Assembly (NCBI GenBank): GCA_018262235.1
Contig: JAGTRY010000006.1
Coordinates: forward strand, 3,632-67,631
Direction: 5' to 3'
DNA from: Pseudomonadota bacterium
GTDB lineage: Bacteria; Pseudomonadota; Gammaproteobacteria; Burkholderiales; Rhodocyclaceae
DNA length: 64,000 bases
A model generated the notes under the pieces. It did no database searches. It had not been told where the DNA came from and saw only the letters and a list, made by a program, of their open reading frames with translations. Below are positions 48,620-58,573 of the stretch, in pieces (position 1 is the stretch's first letter; each line of letters starts with the position of its first letter). A program made the position numbers and the translations under genes.

Positions 48620-48961
48620 ATGTCCGCCATTCCCGCCTGCCCCGTCTGTTCCATGGAAAACACCTACCCGGACGGTGAGAACTACGTCTGTGCCGACTGC
48701 GGCCATGAATGGCCCCAGGTCGCGGCCGCGAGCAGCGATGAGGACGCGCGTGTCGTACGCGATTCCAACGGCACGGTTTTGCAGGATGGGGATGCCGTGG
48801 TGCTGATCAAGGACCTGAAGGTCAAGGGTTCGTCGATCACCCTGAAACAGGGCAGCAAGGTCAAGAGCATCCGCCTGGTGGGCGATGGCGATCACGAGGT
48901 TGACTGCAAGCTCGACGAAGGCAAGTTCATGCTCAAGGCCTGCTTCCTGAAGAAGGTCTGA
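48620..48961 (+). CDS. yjdM: Zinc-ribbon protein PhnA/YjdM
   Basis: CPVCSMENTYPDGENYVCADCGHEW plus IKDLKVKGSSITLKQGSKVKSIRLV, closely like E. coli YjdM. Confidence 0.85.
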   Translation: MSAIPACPVCSMENTYPDGENYVCADCGHEWPQVAAASSDEDARVVRDSNGTVLQDGDAVVLIKDLKVKGSSITLKQGSKVKSIRLVGDGDHEVDCKLDEGKFMLKACFLKKV

Positions 48962-48990
48962 TCCGCTTAGCGCACAACAGCCCGGCTCGT

Positions 48991-49893
48991 TCAGGCGCCC
49001 AACAGCGCCTGGCAGCGCTGCTGCACGAAATCGCGCAGCAGGCTCACCGCCGGGCTGAGTAGCCGACGATCAGCGCAGACCAGGAACAGCGGCGTCGTCT
49101 CGCCTTCCCAGTCCGGACACACCCGAACCAGACGGCCCTTGGCCAGATCGTCCGCAATGTCCAGATTGGATTTGTTGGCGATCCCCAGGCCGGAGACGGC
49201 CCAACGGCGCACGGCGTCGCCATCGTTGGCCACGTGGCCGCCACGGACCCGCACCACCACACGCTCGGCACCACGCCGGAAGCGCCAGCGGTCATGCACG
49301 TCTTCGCCGGTCATGAAGCACAGGCAAGCGTGCTGCGCCAATTCCTGAGGCATGACCGGTATGCCGGCACGCGCCAGATACGCCGGAGAAGCACACAGGA
49401 TGCGCCGGTTGCCCGGCGCCAGCGGCAAGGCGATCAGGTTGGAGTCGGCCGGTTCACCGTAGCGGATGGCGATATCGACAGGCTGGCGGTACAGATCCGC
49501 CACGCGATCCGACAGATGCAGGCGAAAACGGATTTCCGGATATTGCGCTGCAAATTCCTCCAGCCAGGGCAACAGGACGTTGCGCCCCAGGTCGGACGGC
49601 ATGGCGATCTGCAGGCTCCCCCGGATCATCTGGCGTTCGGACGAAAGCGCGACCTGCCCGTCACGCAACGCATCCAGCGCCACCCGGCAATACACCAGGA
49701 AACGCTCACCCTCACCAGTCAGGCGCATGCTGCGCGTGGAGCGCACGAAGAGCGCCACCTGCAGCTCGGCTTCCAGACGCTTGAGCGCAGCACTCGCCGC
49801 GGCCGGCGTGAGGTCCAGCGCACGGGCGGTGGCCGACAGACTGCCGGATTCCACCGTGCGGACAAAGATCTCCAGATCTTGCAGCGCCTTCAT
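48991..49893 (-). CDS. LysR family transcriptional regulator
   Basis: MKALQDLEIFVRTVESGSLSATARALDLTPAAASAALKRLE from ATG 49893. Confidence 0.88.
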   Translation of the reverse strand: MKALQDLEIFVRTVESGSLSATARALDLTPAAASAALKRLEAELQVALFVRSTRSMRLTGEGERFLVYCRVALDALRDGQVALSSERQMIRGSLQIAMPSDLGRNVLLPWLEEFAAQYPEIRFRLHLSDRVADLYRQPVDIAIRYGEPADSNLIALPLAPGNRRILCASPAYLARAGIPVMPQELAQHACLCFMTGEDVHDRWRFRRGAERVVVRVRGGHVANDGDAVRRWAVSGLGIANKSNLDIADDLAKGRLVRVCPDWEGETTPLFLVCADRRLLSPAVSLLRDFVQQRCQALLGA

Positions 49894-49921
49894 TCTCAAT
49901 CCATATTTGAATATCGCTTCA

Positions 49922-49944
49922 ATTCTGCGCCTGTTTTTCAGAAT
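49922..49944. promoter_or_regulatory. Candidate LTTR operator dyad
   Basis: ATTCTG-N11-CAGAAT in the divergent LysR / dehydrogenase intergenic region. Confidence 0.35.
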
Positions 49945-50014
49945 CAAAAATCCCCGGATCATGGCGTCACCCCTCCCCCAACACGCTGCTCCTGCACGCG
50001 GTAAAGGAATCTTC

Positions 50015-51028
50015 ATGAAAGCCATCGCCTACACCCAGCCACTGCCCATCGATCATCCTGACGCATTGCGCGACATCACCCTGCCCGAGCCGGTCGTCAG
50101 TGGGCATGACCTGCTCATCGAAGTCCGCGCGATTGCGGTGAATCCGGTCGACACCAAGGTCCGCCGCTCGGCCGCCCCGCCGGCAGGTGAATACAAGGTG
50201 CTCGGCTGGGATGCGGTAGGCATCGTGCGGGCAGTCGGCCCCGACGTCACCCTGTTCAAGCCGGGCGCGCGCGTCTGGTACGCCGGCTCGATCACCCGGC
50301 CCGGAGCCAATGCCGAACTGCATCTGGTGGACGAACGCATCGTCGGTCATGCGCCGGATACGCTCTCGGATGCCGACGCAGCCGCCCTGCCGCTGACCGC
50401 GCTGACCGCCTGGGAAATGCTTTTCGACCGCCTCGAAGTGCCGCCCGGCAAACAAACCGGGGATGCGATCCTGATCATCGGCGCAGCCGGCGGAGTGGGT
50501 TCCATCCTGACCCAGCTCGCGCACCGGATGACCGGACTGACCGTGATCGGTACGGCCTCGCGGCCGGAAACCCAGGCTTGGGTGCGTGAGCTGGGCGCCC
50601 ACCACGTCATTGATCACAGCCGCCCGCTCAGCGCCGAACTGCAACGCATCGGCATCCCACAGGTCCGCTACGTCGTCAGCCTGAACCAGACCGACGCGCA
50701 CTTCGCCCAGATCGTCGAATCCCTGTTGCCGCAAGGCCGTTTCGGCTTAATCGACGATCCCAAGGCGCTGGACGTCACCGCACTCAAGCGCAAGTCGGTT
50801 TCGCTGCACTGGGAGTTCATGTACACGCGCTCGATGTTCGGCACGCCAGACATGATTGCCCAGCATCACATCCTCGAAGAACTCGCTGCACTGGTCGATG
50901 CAGGCCTGATCCGCACCACCCTGGGCGAGCACTTCGGCACCATCAATGCCACCAACCTCAGACGCGCCCACGCCCTGCTCGAATCCGGCAAGGCACGTGG
51001 CAAGATCGTGCTCGAAGGCTGGGCGTAA
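50015..51028 (+). CDS. Zinc-binding alcohol dehydrogenase family (MDR/quinone oxidoreductase-like) protein
   Basis: MKAIAYTQPLP...LLIEVRAIAVNPVDTKVR and the GAAGGVGS nucleotide-binding motif. Confidence 0.85.
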   Translation: MKAIAYTQPLPIDHPDALRDITLPEPVVSGHDLLIEVRAIAVNPVDTKVRRSAAPPAGEYKVLGWDAVGIVRAVGPDVTLFKPGARVWYAGSITRPGANAELHLVDERIVGHAPDTLSDADAAALPLTALTAWEMLFDRLEVPPGKQTGDAILIIGAAGGVGSILTQLAHRMTGLTVIGTASRPETQAWVRELGAHHVIDHSRPLSAELQRIGIPQVRYVVSLNQTDAHFAQIVESLLPQGRFGLIDDPKALDVTALKRKSVSLHWEFMYTRSMFGTPDMIAQHHILEELAALVDAGLIRTTLGEHFGTINATNLRRAHALLESGKARGKIVLEGWA

Positions 51029-51093
51029 GGCAGAGCGGAAGCTGGTCACTTCTCCGATCTTGCGGCATGATTCCCGAGTCAAGGAGAGTCACC

Positions 51094-51714
51094 ATGTTCC
51101 AGATCCAGAACTACGCCAGCTTCATTGCCGCCATCCTCGTTTTCCAGCTCATCCCCGGGCCAGGCACGATTGCCATCCTCAATGCCACGGCACGCAATGG
51201 TCTGGGCGCCGGTTTCGGCGCCGTGCTGGGGACCTTGCTGGGTGACTTTGTCTTCATGCTCGCAGCCGTGGCCGGTCTGGCTGCGGTGATGAACACCCAC
51301 CCGCTCCTGTTTGCCGGCCTGCAGTGGTTCGGCGCGGCCTATCTTTGCTGGATGGGCATCCGGCTGCTGCGCGCGAAGCTTGACGCCCGACACGAAACCG
51401 CCGAGCCGGCGCGCTCCGGCTGGGTGTACTTCCGCCAGGGTTTCGCCGTGAGTCTGACCAACCCCAAGGTCATCCTGTTCTTCGTCGCCTTCTTCCCGCT
51501 CTTCCTGCGCCCCGATTCACCCCCCAGCACGCTGGCGGCGATGATGGCCCACGTCACCGGCCTGTGCCTGCTCTATCAGACGGTGCTGGTGCTGGCCGGC
51601 AATGCCCTGGCGAAGAAGTTGCGTGCGCTGCCGTTTGCCCGTCAATGGGCCACCCGCCTGGCAGGCATTGCGCTGGTCGGCTTTGGCCTCAAGCTGGCCT
51701 GCAGCAGTCGATAA
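51094..51714 (+). CDS. LysE/RhtB family amino-acid efflux protein
   Basis: N-terminus FIAAILVFQLIPGPGTIAILNA. About 206 aa with 6 TM segments. Confidence 0.8.
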   Translation: MFQIQNYASFIAAILVFQLIPGPGTIAILNATARNGLGAGFGAVLGTLLGDFVFMLAAVAGLAAVMNTHPLLFAGLQWFGAAYLCWMGIRLLRAKLDARHETAEPARSGWVYFRQGFAVSLTNPKVILFFVAFFPLFLRPDSPPSTLAAMMAHVTGLCLLYQTVLVLAGNALAKKLRALPFARQWATRLAGIALVGFGLKLACSSR

Positions 51715-51726
51715 CCCGTAACCGCC

Positions 51727-52560
51727 ATGAGAACTGTCCGGCTGCCTGATGGCAACTCACTGCCCGCACTGGGCCTCGGCACCTGGAACATGGGTGACGC
51801 CCCCGCCCGGCGGGAAGAGGAAATCGCCACGATCCGCCTCGCCCTCGATCTTGGCGTACGCCTCATCGACACCGCTGAAATGTATGGCGAAGGCCAGTCC
51901 GAATCCCTGATCGGCGCCGCGATTGCCGGGCGCCGTGACGAAGCCTTCCTGGTCAGCAAGGTCTATCCCCACAATGCCTCGCGACGCGGTGCAATCGCGG
52001 CCTGCGAGCGCAGCCTCAAACGCCTGGGCACCGATCATCTGGATCTTTACCTGCTGCATTGGCGCGGCGCGGTTGCCCTGGAAGAAACCCTGGAAGCCTT
52101 CCTGAGGCTGCAGGCAGCCGGCAAGATCTGCTACTTCGGCGTCAGCAACCTTGATCTCGATGACATGCAGGCCTGGTATGCACTCACAGGTGGCGACGGC
52201 GTGGCGACCGATCAGGTGCTCTACAACCTGACCCGCCGCGGGATCGAGCTCGATCTGTTGCCCTGGCTACGCGCCCGCCATATTCCGCTGATGGCGTATT
52301 CGCCGGTCGAGCAGGGACGCCTGCTGCGCGAACCACGCCTGATCGACTTCGCCCACCGTCACGGAATCTCTCCCGCGCATGCCGCGCTGGGCTGGCTGCT
52401 CGCGCAAGAAGATTTGATTGTCATTCCAAAAACGTCCCGCCGCGCGCATCTTCGCGAAAACCTGCACGCCCTGGAAGCCCCCTTGAGCCCGGCACAGTGT
52501 GCCGAACTCGATGCCTTGTTCCCGGCACCACGCCAGCCCGTGCCACTCGCGATGCTCTGA
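51727..52560 (+). CDS. Aldo/keto reductase
   Basis: LGLGTWNMG, IDTAEMYGEG, DLYLLHW and a GVSN-type segment. Confidence 0.88.
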   Translation: MRTVRLPDGNSLPALGLGTWNMGDAPARREEEIATIRLALDLGVRLIDTAEMYGEGQSESLIGAAIAGRRDEAFLVSKVYPHNASRRGAIAACERSLKRLGTDHLDLYLLHWRGAVALEETLEAFLRLQAAGKICYFGVSNLDLDDMQAWYALTGGDGVATDQVLYNLTRRGIELDLLPWLRARHIPLMAYSPVEQGRLLREPRLIDFAHRHGISPAHAALGWLLAQEDLIVIPKTSRRAHLRENLHALEAPLSPAQCAELDALFPAPRQPVPLAML

Positions 52561-52603
52561 ACCACACCCCCGAGTCGCTCACGGCGGGCATGGCGCGCCA
52601 CGG

Positions 52604-54502
52604 CTAGCGCGGCCCACGCTCATCCTCTCGCCTGCCTCTGCGCTCACCATCCTTCCGGTTGTCTGGCTGACGCTGTTGTACCGGCTGTTCCCGCTGGGAA
52701 GATTGTGAATCCTCCTGCCGGCGCGTCTCCGGTGGCTGTGCGGGTTGCTGACGCTGTTGCTCCTGTTGGCGCTGCTGATCCTGCGCCTGACGTTGCTGCT
52801 CTTGCTGTTGCCGCTGCTGTTCATGTTGCTGGCGTTGCTGCTGATCTTGCTGACGTCTTTGTTCCTGCATCGACCTTTGCTGGTCTTGTTGCTGGCGCTG
52901 TTGATCTTGTTGCTGCTGTTGTTGCGCTTGATCCTGCTGCTGACGCTGTGGATCTTGTGGACGGCGTTGCGCTTGCTGGCGAGGCAGGTCGGCTTGGCGG
53001 GCATCGGGCGTACGGAACGACGGCGTTTCGCGACTTGCGCCATTGTTGGCGGGGCGCTCATCGCCACGAGCGCCCGGCTCACGCCCACCGGCTTCCCGTC
53101 GACCCGGCGGCTGTTGTCCGACAACGGACTGACGGAAGACCCGTTCCGGCGGTGCGGCCTGTTGCGAACCTGGCGCACCGCTGCGGCTTTCCCGCGTGGG
53201 AGAAACCGGCAGCCCTTCGCGCACCTGCATGCGGGAGAAATCCTGGCCACGCAACGCCGGCGCATTGCCCGGGCGCATCGGTGCCCCGCGGACGAAATCG
53301 CGTTCCGGCATCACCGCCACAGCATGCGGCACCCGCTGGTTGACGTAGATATTCACGTTCCGGTTCACCGTGATGTTGTGATTGATCCGTTCGACATACA
53401 CAGGATTGTGCGCATAGGCCGGCCGATAAGCTTCGCCGGGACCGAGCGCAAACCATGCCACTCCGCCGAGACCTGTCGATAACGAGACACCCCAGCTCAC
53501 GCCGCCGCTACGCCCTTCGCCGACAAACGCCACGAGTGCCGGTGCATAGACAGGGCGCCGCATGACCGGCCCCGGCACCCAGCCCCAATAACCGTCGAAG
53601 TAGGCCCAGCGTCCGTAGTGGAAAGGTGCAAAGCCCCAGGGCGCATCATCCACCCAGGTCCAGCCCCAGGGCGCAATCCAGGCCCAGTGGCCATAGTGAT
53701 AAGGCGCCCAGCCGCTGATCGTGACACGTGGCACCCACACCGCGCCGTAGCCGTCCACCTGACGCCAGTCACCGTTGCCATCCAGATCTTCGTAGCCGGT
53801 CATGTCACGCGACACGTAGCGGGCACTCTGCGAGGCATCCTCGCGATCATCACGCTGTGCGCTCCAGCGATCCAGCTCATCACGCGGCCCGGTGCTGCCG
53901 GATTCGCGTACGAACAGGTCCTTCCCGTCAAAGCGCATGCGCTGGCCCGCCGCGATGCGCACGGGTTGCCAGGCAGGATCATCGCCGTAAATCGATCCCA
54001 ATCCACGGCGCACGCTGACGATGGTCGTATCCCGGTCCGGGTCGACATCAAAGCGGTACTCCCCCGGATCCCGGACCGAAAAACCCAGGTTGGGGGTGCT
54101 GACGGCAATGTCTTCGTCATCCGGATAATCACGCACCCGGATCGAGAAACTCCCCTGGGTCAGCTTGAGCCGCAGGGTATCGTCGTTCAGGGCCAGGACT
54201 TCCAGACCGGTCGAACCCGCCACGCGCATCGCCGTCGAACCCACGTGCAGCTCGGCCCGCCCGCCCTTTTCAACCCAGAGCCGGTCGCCCTCGGTCAGCG
54301 GCCGGTTCAGCACGGCACTGACCCAGTCATCGGTACCCGCCGGCGCAAAGCTCACCGTCCCGTTCGTGTAATTCAGCCGTGCCACACGGGCTGGCGGATC
54401 GCTGGCATCTGCGGCATGGGCAGGCATCGTCAGAAAGCCCGAGAGCAGAAGCAAGCCGGCCAGCACAAACCGGAAATCCAGGACGGGGCGAAACATCAAC
54501 AT
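52604..54502 (-). CDS. Secreted protein: FecR-like beta-sandwich, W/G/Y-rich repeat core, Gln-rich low-complexity tail
   Basis: Signal peptide ...LTMPAHA. FecR-like LTEGDRLWVEKGGRAELHVGS. Core HYGHWAWIAPWGWTWVDDAPWGFAPFHYGRWAYFDGYWGWVPG. A ~110-aa Q/R/D/E tail follows. Start taken at ATG 54502. Confidence 0.6.
   Translation of the reverse strand: MLMFRPVLDFRFVLAGLLLLSGFLTMPAHAADASDPPARVARLNYTNGTVSFAPAGTDDWVSAVLNRPLTEGDRLWVEKGGRAELHVGSTAMRVAGSTGLEVLALNDDTLRLKLTQGSFSIRVRDYPDDEDIAVSTPNLGFSVRDPGEYRFDVDPDRDTTIVSVRRGLGSIYGDDPAWQPVRIAAGQRMRFDGKDLFVRESGSTGPRDELDRWSAQRDDREDASQSARYVSRDMTGYEDLDGNGDWRQVDGYGAVWVPRVTISGWAPYHYGHWAWIAPWGWTWVDDAPWGFAPFHYGRWAYFDGYWGWVPGPVMRRPVYAPALVAFVGEGRSGGVSWGVSLSTGLGGVAWFALGPGEAYRPAYAHNPVYVERINHNITVNRNVNIYVNQRVPHAVAVMPERDFVRGAPMRPGNAPALRGQDFSRMQVREGLPVSPTRESRSGAPGSQQAAPPERVFRQSVVGQQPPGRREAGGREPGARGDERPANNGASRETPSFRTPDARQADLPRQQAQRRPQDPQRQQQDQAQQQQQQDQQRQQQDQQRSMQEQRRQQDQQQRQQHEQQRQQQEQQRQAQDQQRQQEQQRQQPAQPPETRRQEDSQSSQREQPVQQRQPDNRKDGERRGRREDERGPR
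52740..52990 (-). repeat. Imperfect CAG/CAA-rich low-complexity coding repeat
   Basis: Encodes QQAQRRPQDPQRQQQDQAQQQQQQDQQRQQQDQQRSMQEQRRQQDQQQRQQHEQQRQQQEQQRQAQDQQRQQEQQRQQ. The + strand reads as CTG/TTG-rich. Confidence 0.8.
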
Positions 54503-54771
54503 GGCAGATCTCCTCTGACCCATACAGGTCGTCTCCTGCAATCAACGTTACAGGGGTACCGAAAGTTGGCACAAAAATGTAACAGTTCGTAATCAGGCCC
54601 AAGCCGGCACAAGCGTGAGGCCAGCGCCATTTTGCTCATTCTTGTCGGAAGCGGTCCCGTAAATCCATGCTCAACCCGTAGAAAAGCGCCAGACCTCGGC
54701 CTTTGATGCCGCGAATCCTCCGGCAAGGTCTCGCTATACTTCGGACGCTTACATATCGTTTCGGCCCTTCG

Positions 54772-56292
54772 ATGACTCTGGCGTTCCCGCCTCTGGCGAT
54801 CTTTCTGTGCGTCACTGCTGCACTTTGTCTGTCACTGGGCATCCATGCACTGAAGCAGCAAGCCACGGCTTTCGCGCGCAACTATGCCGGGCTGATGTTC
54901 AGCAGCACGGCGTATACACTGGGCTATGGACTGGAACTGTGCACACCGGATCTGGCCCACATGCAGGTCATGCTGCGCATCCAGTATCTCGGCGTCCCTT
55001 TCATTCCCTATTTCTGGATCGGCCTGGCCTGGGCCTACCTGCAGCCAAGCGGCATGCCGCTGCGCTGGAAAAGCCTTTTGCTGAGTCTGTCGGGCGCGGT
55101 CTTCCTGGTGTTCCAGACCAACGACCTGCACCACCTTTACTACACCAGCATCACCTACACACACGATGCGGACATGAGCCTCTCCATCCTGGAAAAGGGG
55201 CCGCTCTACTGGCTGAACATCGCCTACATCAACCTCGGCACGGCAATCGGCGTCCTGCTCCTGTTCCGGGCCTGGCACCAGACCGTCCCGCTCTACCGCC
55301 AGCAAGCCCTGATACTGCTCGGCGGATCCCTGCTCCCCTGGCTTTTCCATCTGCTCTATCAGATCGGCCTGTCACCCCGGGATATTGACCTGAGCCCGTT
55401 CGGCATGGCCGCCGCGGGCATCGTCTATGCCCTCGGCGCCCTGCGCCATCGTGTGCTCAACATCCTGCCGCTGGCACGCGATATCGTCTTCGACAGCATA
55501 GCCGAGGGCGTCGTCGTACTCGACACCCGGCGCCGCATCATCGATTTCAATCACGCGGCCACCCTGTTCTATCCCGGCCTGGATCTATCGATGATCGGCG
55601 CGGACAGTTCTGCCCTGATTGATGCGGCGGTCTTTACCGCCCCCGACACACATCCCTTCATCGACCATCGCGACACACGGCAACTCGAAGTCCATTGCTA
55701 TCCGCTGCGCGACAAGCGCGGCGCCTTTCTGGGCACGGCACTGCTGATCCAGGACGTTTCCGAGAAATTGGCCCTCCTCGACGGGCTACGCCAGCTGGCC
55801 AGCATTGATGAACTCACCGCTTGCAGCAACCGGCGTCACCTGATCGAACAATCCACGCGCGAAGTCTTGCTCGCTTCACGCCATCCGGCCCCCCTCGCCC
55901 TGATCATTCTGGACATTGACGACTTCAAAACCATCAACGACACCCTCGGCCACCTCGCCGGGGACGAGATCCTGCGCAAGGTCGCCAGCATCCTGCGCCA
56001 GCGCTTGCGCAGCACCGACATCCTGGGACGCTACGGCGGTGACGAGTTCATCATCACCTTGCCGGAGACCACCGGTGCCGCTGCCTGTGACATCGCGCAA
56101 ACCTTGCTGGAGCACTGCCAGACCCACTGCGGCGTCAGCCTGAGCCTGGGCATTGCCGAACTGACGCCCGGCGAAAAGGACTTCAACGCGCTGCTCAAGC
56201 GCGCCGATCTGGCGCTGTACCAGGCAAAATCGAGCGGAAAACACCGCGCCAGCCTGTATCAGGCCGATGCAAGCATTCCGGCCAGACTTTAA
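54772..56292 (+). CDS. Diguanylate cyclase with N-terminal 7TM sensor region and PAS-like domain
   Basis: About 7 TM segments, a PAS-like segment (DSIAEGVVVLD), GGDEF (RYGGDEFIITL) and an RxxD I-site (RSTD) at the canonical spacing. ATG 54772 is preferred. Confidence 0.85.
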   Translation: MTLAFPPLAIFLCVTAALCLSLGIHALKQQATAFARNYAGLMFSSTAYTLGYGLELCTPDLAHMQVMLRIQYLGVPFIPYFWIGLAWAYLQPSGMPLRWKSLLLSLSGAVFLVFQTNDLHHLYYTSITYTHDADMSLSILEKGPLYWLNIAYINLGTAIGVLLLFRAWHQTVPLYRQQALILLGGSLLPWLFHLLYQIGLSPRDIDLSPFGMAAAGIVYALGALRHRVLNILPLARDIVFDSIAEGVVVLDTRRRIIDFNHAATLFYPGLDLSMIGADSSALIDAAVFTAPDTHPFIDHRDTRQLEVHCYPLRDKRGAFLGTALLIQDVSEKLALLDGLRQLASIDELTACSNRRHLIEQSTREVLLASRHPAPLALIILDIDDFKTINDTLGHLAGDEILRKVASILRQRLRSTDILGRYGGDEFIITLPETTGAAACDIAQTLLEHCQTHCGVSLSLGIAELTPGEKDFNALLKRADLALYQAKSSGKHRASLYQADASIPARL

Positions 56293-56316
56293 GGACATGA
56301 TGCTGCATGCGCCGGC

Positions 56317-57219
56317 TCAGGCAGGGTGCTGCATCGCGTCGCGCATGGCCTCGACAAAGCTGCGCAGCTTGGCCGGATAGAACGCCGCATACGGATAGGT
56401 GATATAGATCGGCATCGCCTGCGCCTGCCAACCCGGCACCAGATGCAACAGTTCGCCACTGGCGAGCGCCTCGCGTACCACCCATTGCGAGCTCACGGCC
56501 ACGCCCACCCCGCGCTGCACCGCACTGCGCAAGGCGTACAGGCTGTCAGTCGTGAGCCGGGGCGAAATCGCCAGCACATGCGCTTCGCCCGTGCGCGAGA
56601 ACAGCCGCACCTCCTTGCGGTAGTACGGCGTCAGCGCCAGCCAGGGCAGCTCATTGAGCGCTTCCGGTGTTGCCGGCAGCGCCCGCCCGGCCAGCAATGC
56701 CGGCGCCCCAACCACGATGCGCGGCACTTCACCGATCCGGATCGCCACCACAGCGGGGTCCGTGACCTCCCCCACGCGGATCGCACAATCGATGCCCTCG
56801 GCGAGGAAATTCGGCGCGATGTCATGCAGCAGCCACTCCACCGAAACCTTGGGGTTGCGCGCCAGATAATCCGCCAGGGGCGTGACCAGATGATGCTGGC
56901 CGAAAGCATGTGGCGCTACCACGCGCAGCAAACCCTGCGGTTCATCCACCGCGCCGCGCAAATCGGACTCGAATTCGCTCCAGGCCAGCGCCAGCTCGCG
57001 TGCCCGGGCGTAATAGCTGGCCCCGGCTTCGGTCAGGCGCAAGGCATGCGTAGACCGGATCAGCAGACTCAAGCCTAGCGAGCGCTCCAGCGCCTGCAGA
57101 CGGCGACTCACGGTCGGCTGGGTGGCGTTCATCTGCACTGCGGCGGCAGACAGGCTGCCGGCTTCGACGATGCGGATGAAGGTCTGGGTCAGGAGAAATC
57201 GGTCAAAAGCGGGCTTCAT
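56317..57219 (-). CDS. LysR family transcriptional regulator
   Basis: FIRIVEAGSLSAAAVQMNATQPTVSRRLQALE. Confidence 0.88.
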   Translation of the reverse strand: MKPAFDRFLLTQTFIRIVEAGSLSAAAVQMNATQPTVSRRLQALERSLGLSLLIRSTHALRLTEAGASYYARARELALAWSEFESDLRGAVDEPQGLLRVVAPHAFGQHHLVTPLADYLARNPKVSVEWLLHDIAPNFLAEGIDCAIRVGEVTDPAVVAIRIGEVPRIVVGAPALLAGRALPATPEALNELPWLALTPYYRKEVRLFSRTGEAHVLAISPRLTTDSLYALRSAVQRGVGVAVSSQWVVREALASGELLHLVPGWQAQAMPIYITYPYAAFYPAKLRSFVEAMRDAMQHPA

Positions 57220-57224
57220 GCGTT

Positions 57225-57239
57225 AACTGTATAACAGTT
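57225..57239. promoter_or_regulatory. 15-nt palindrome in the LysR/MFS divergent region (candidate LTTR site)
   Basis: AACTGT-ATA-ACAGTT, 5 nt upstream of the LysR ATG. Confidence 0.3.
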
Positions 57240-57319
57240 CTACTGGACATGCGTCTTCCGTTGAACGAGGTGAGCCCGCACACTGCACTCACCCTCTCCC
57301 AACAAAAGAAAGTCTCACC

Positions 57320-58525
57320 ATGAACACGCCCTTGACCGCGACCGCCCCGGTACCTCCCGCCGCGCTGGACATCCTCAGCCCTGCCCTGGTCTTCCTGCTG
57401 GCCTGCGCCACCGGCCTCACCGTCGCCGCGCTGTATTACAACCAGCCGATCCTCGGCATCCTGTCCAGCGAATTCGGCGCTTCGCCCACCGAGATCGGCC
57501 GCATCCCGACCCTTACCCAGCTCGGCTACACCGCCGGCATCCTGCTGCTCGCACCGTTGGGCGACCGTTATGACCGCCGCCGCGTGATCCTCGTCAAGCT
57601 CGTGTTGCTGGCCGTCGGGCTCTTCGCGATGGCACTGACCCAATCGCTGGCCCAGTTGTGCGCAGCCAGCGTGGTGATCGGTGCGGCCGCCTCGGTCGCC
57701 CAGGATTGCGTACCCGCTGCCGCTACCCTGGCGCCGGAGGCACGCCGTGGCAAGATCGTTGGCCACGTCATGATGGGCCTGCTGCTGGGTATCCTGCTCT
57801 CACGCGTGATCAGCGGCAGCGTGGCAGAAGCCTTCGGCTGGCGCACCATGTTTGTCGGTGCAGGCACGCTGGTCGTCGCACTCACCCTCGTGATGCAGCG
57901 CCGCCTGCCGGCTTTTGTGCCCACCACCACACAGGCCTACAGTGCGCTGCTGGGCTCGCTGTTCACCCTGTGGCGCCGCCATTCCGGCCTGCGCCGCGCG
58001 GCGATTGCCCAGGGCTTCCTGTCCGCAGCCTTCAGCGCCTTCTGGTCGACGCTGGCCATGATGCTGCACCAGCCGCCGTTCGGCTTCGGCAGTGCCGTGG
58101 CAGGCGCTTTCGGTCTGGCTGGCGCAGTCGGCGCACTGGCCGCGCCGCTGGCTGGTCACTTCGCAGACCGGCGTGGGCCGGAGCCGGTCACCCGCCTGGG
58201 CGCCGTGCTGGTGTTGCTCAGTTTTGTTGCCTTTGCCATCGCCCCGCACAGTCTGTGGCTGCTGATCGCCGGGACCCTGCTGTTTGATCTGGGCGTGCAG
58301 GCCTCGCTGATTGCACATCAGAGCATCATCTACGGGCTGGAGCCGGCCGCCCGCAGCCGTCTGAATGCCTTGCTCATCGGCGGTATGTTCGCCGGCATGT
58401 CCGCCGGTTCGGCACTGGGGAGTTTTGCCCTGGCCCAGGGTGGCTGGCGCGGGGTCAGTCTGTTTGCAGCCGCCTGCGGACTCGCCGCACTGCTCACCCG
58501 CATCTGGCCAGGACGCCAAGATTGA
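57320..58525 (+). CDS. MFS transporter
   Basis: 401 aa with 12 hydrophobic segments and an MFS loop motif (LAPLGDRYDRRRV). Confidence 0.85.
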   Translation: MNTPLTATAPVPPAALDILSPALVFLLACATGLTVAALYYNQPILGILSSEFGASPTEIGRIPTLTQLGYTAGILLLAPLGDRYDRRRVILVKLVLLAVGLFAMALTQSLAQLCAASVVIGAAASVAQDCVPAAATLAPEARRGKIVGHVMMGLLLGILLSRVISGSVAEAFGWRTMFVGAGTLVVALTLVMQRRLPAFVPTTTQAYSALLGSLFTLWRRHSGLRRAAIAQGFLSAAFSAFWSTLAMMLHQPPFGFGSAVAGAFGLAGAVGALAAPLAGHFADRRGPEPVTRLGAVLVLLSFVAFAIAPHSLWLLIAGTLLFDLGVQASLIAHQSIIYGLEPAARSRLNALLIGGMFAGMSAGSALGSFALAQGGWRGVSLFAAACGLAALLTRIWPGRQD

Positions 58526-58573
58526 CGCGCTTGGCATTGCGACAGACAGGGCTGGCGCGGTACGATACCGGCC

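Noticed and set aside
54567-54582. TGGCAC-N5-TGTAA upstream of the diguanylate cyclase gene.
   Set aside because: The -12 element lacks the essential GC (TGTAA instead of TTGCA), and the site is about 200 nt from the start codon.
58356-58365. One exact copy of the Neisseria DNA uptake sequence GCCGTCTGAA, inside the MFS gene.
   Set aside because: It is a single occurrence in 64 kb. Genuine DUS-bearing genomes carry about one per kb, so this is compatible with chance.
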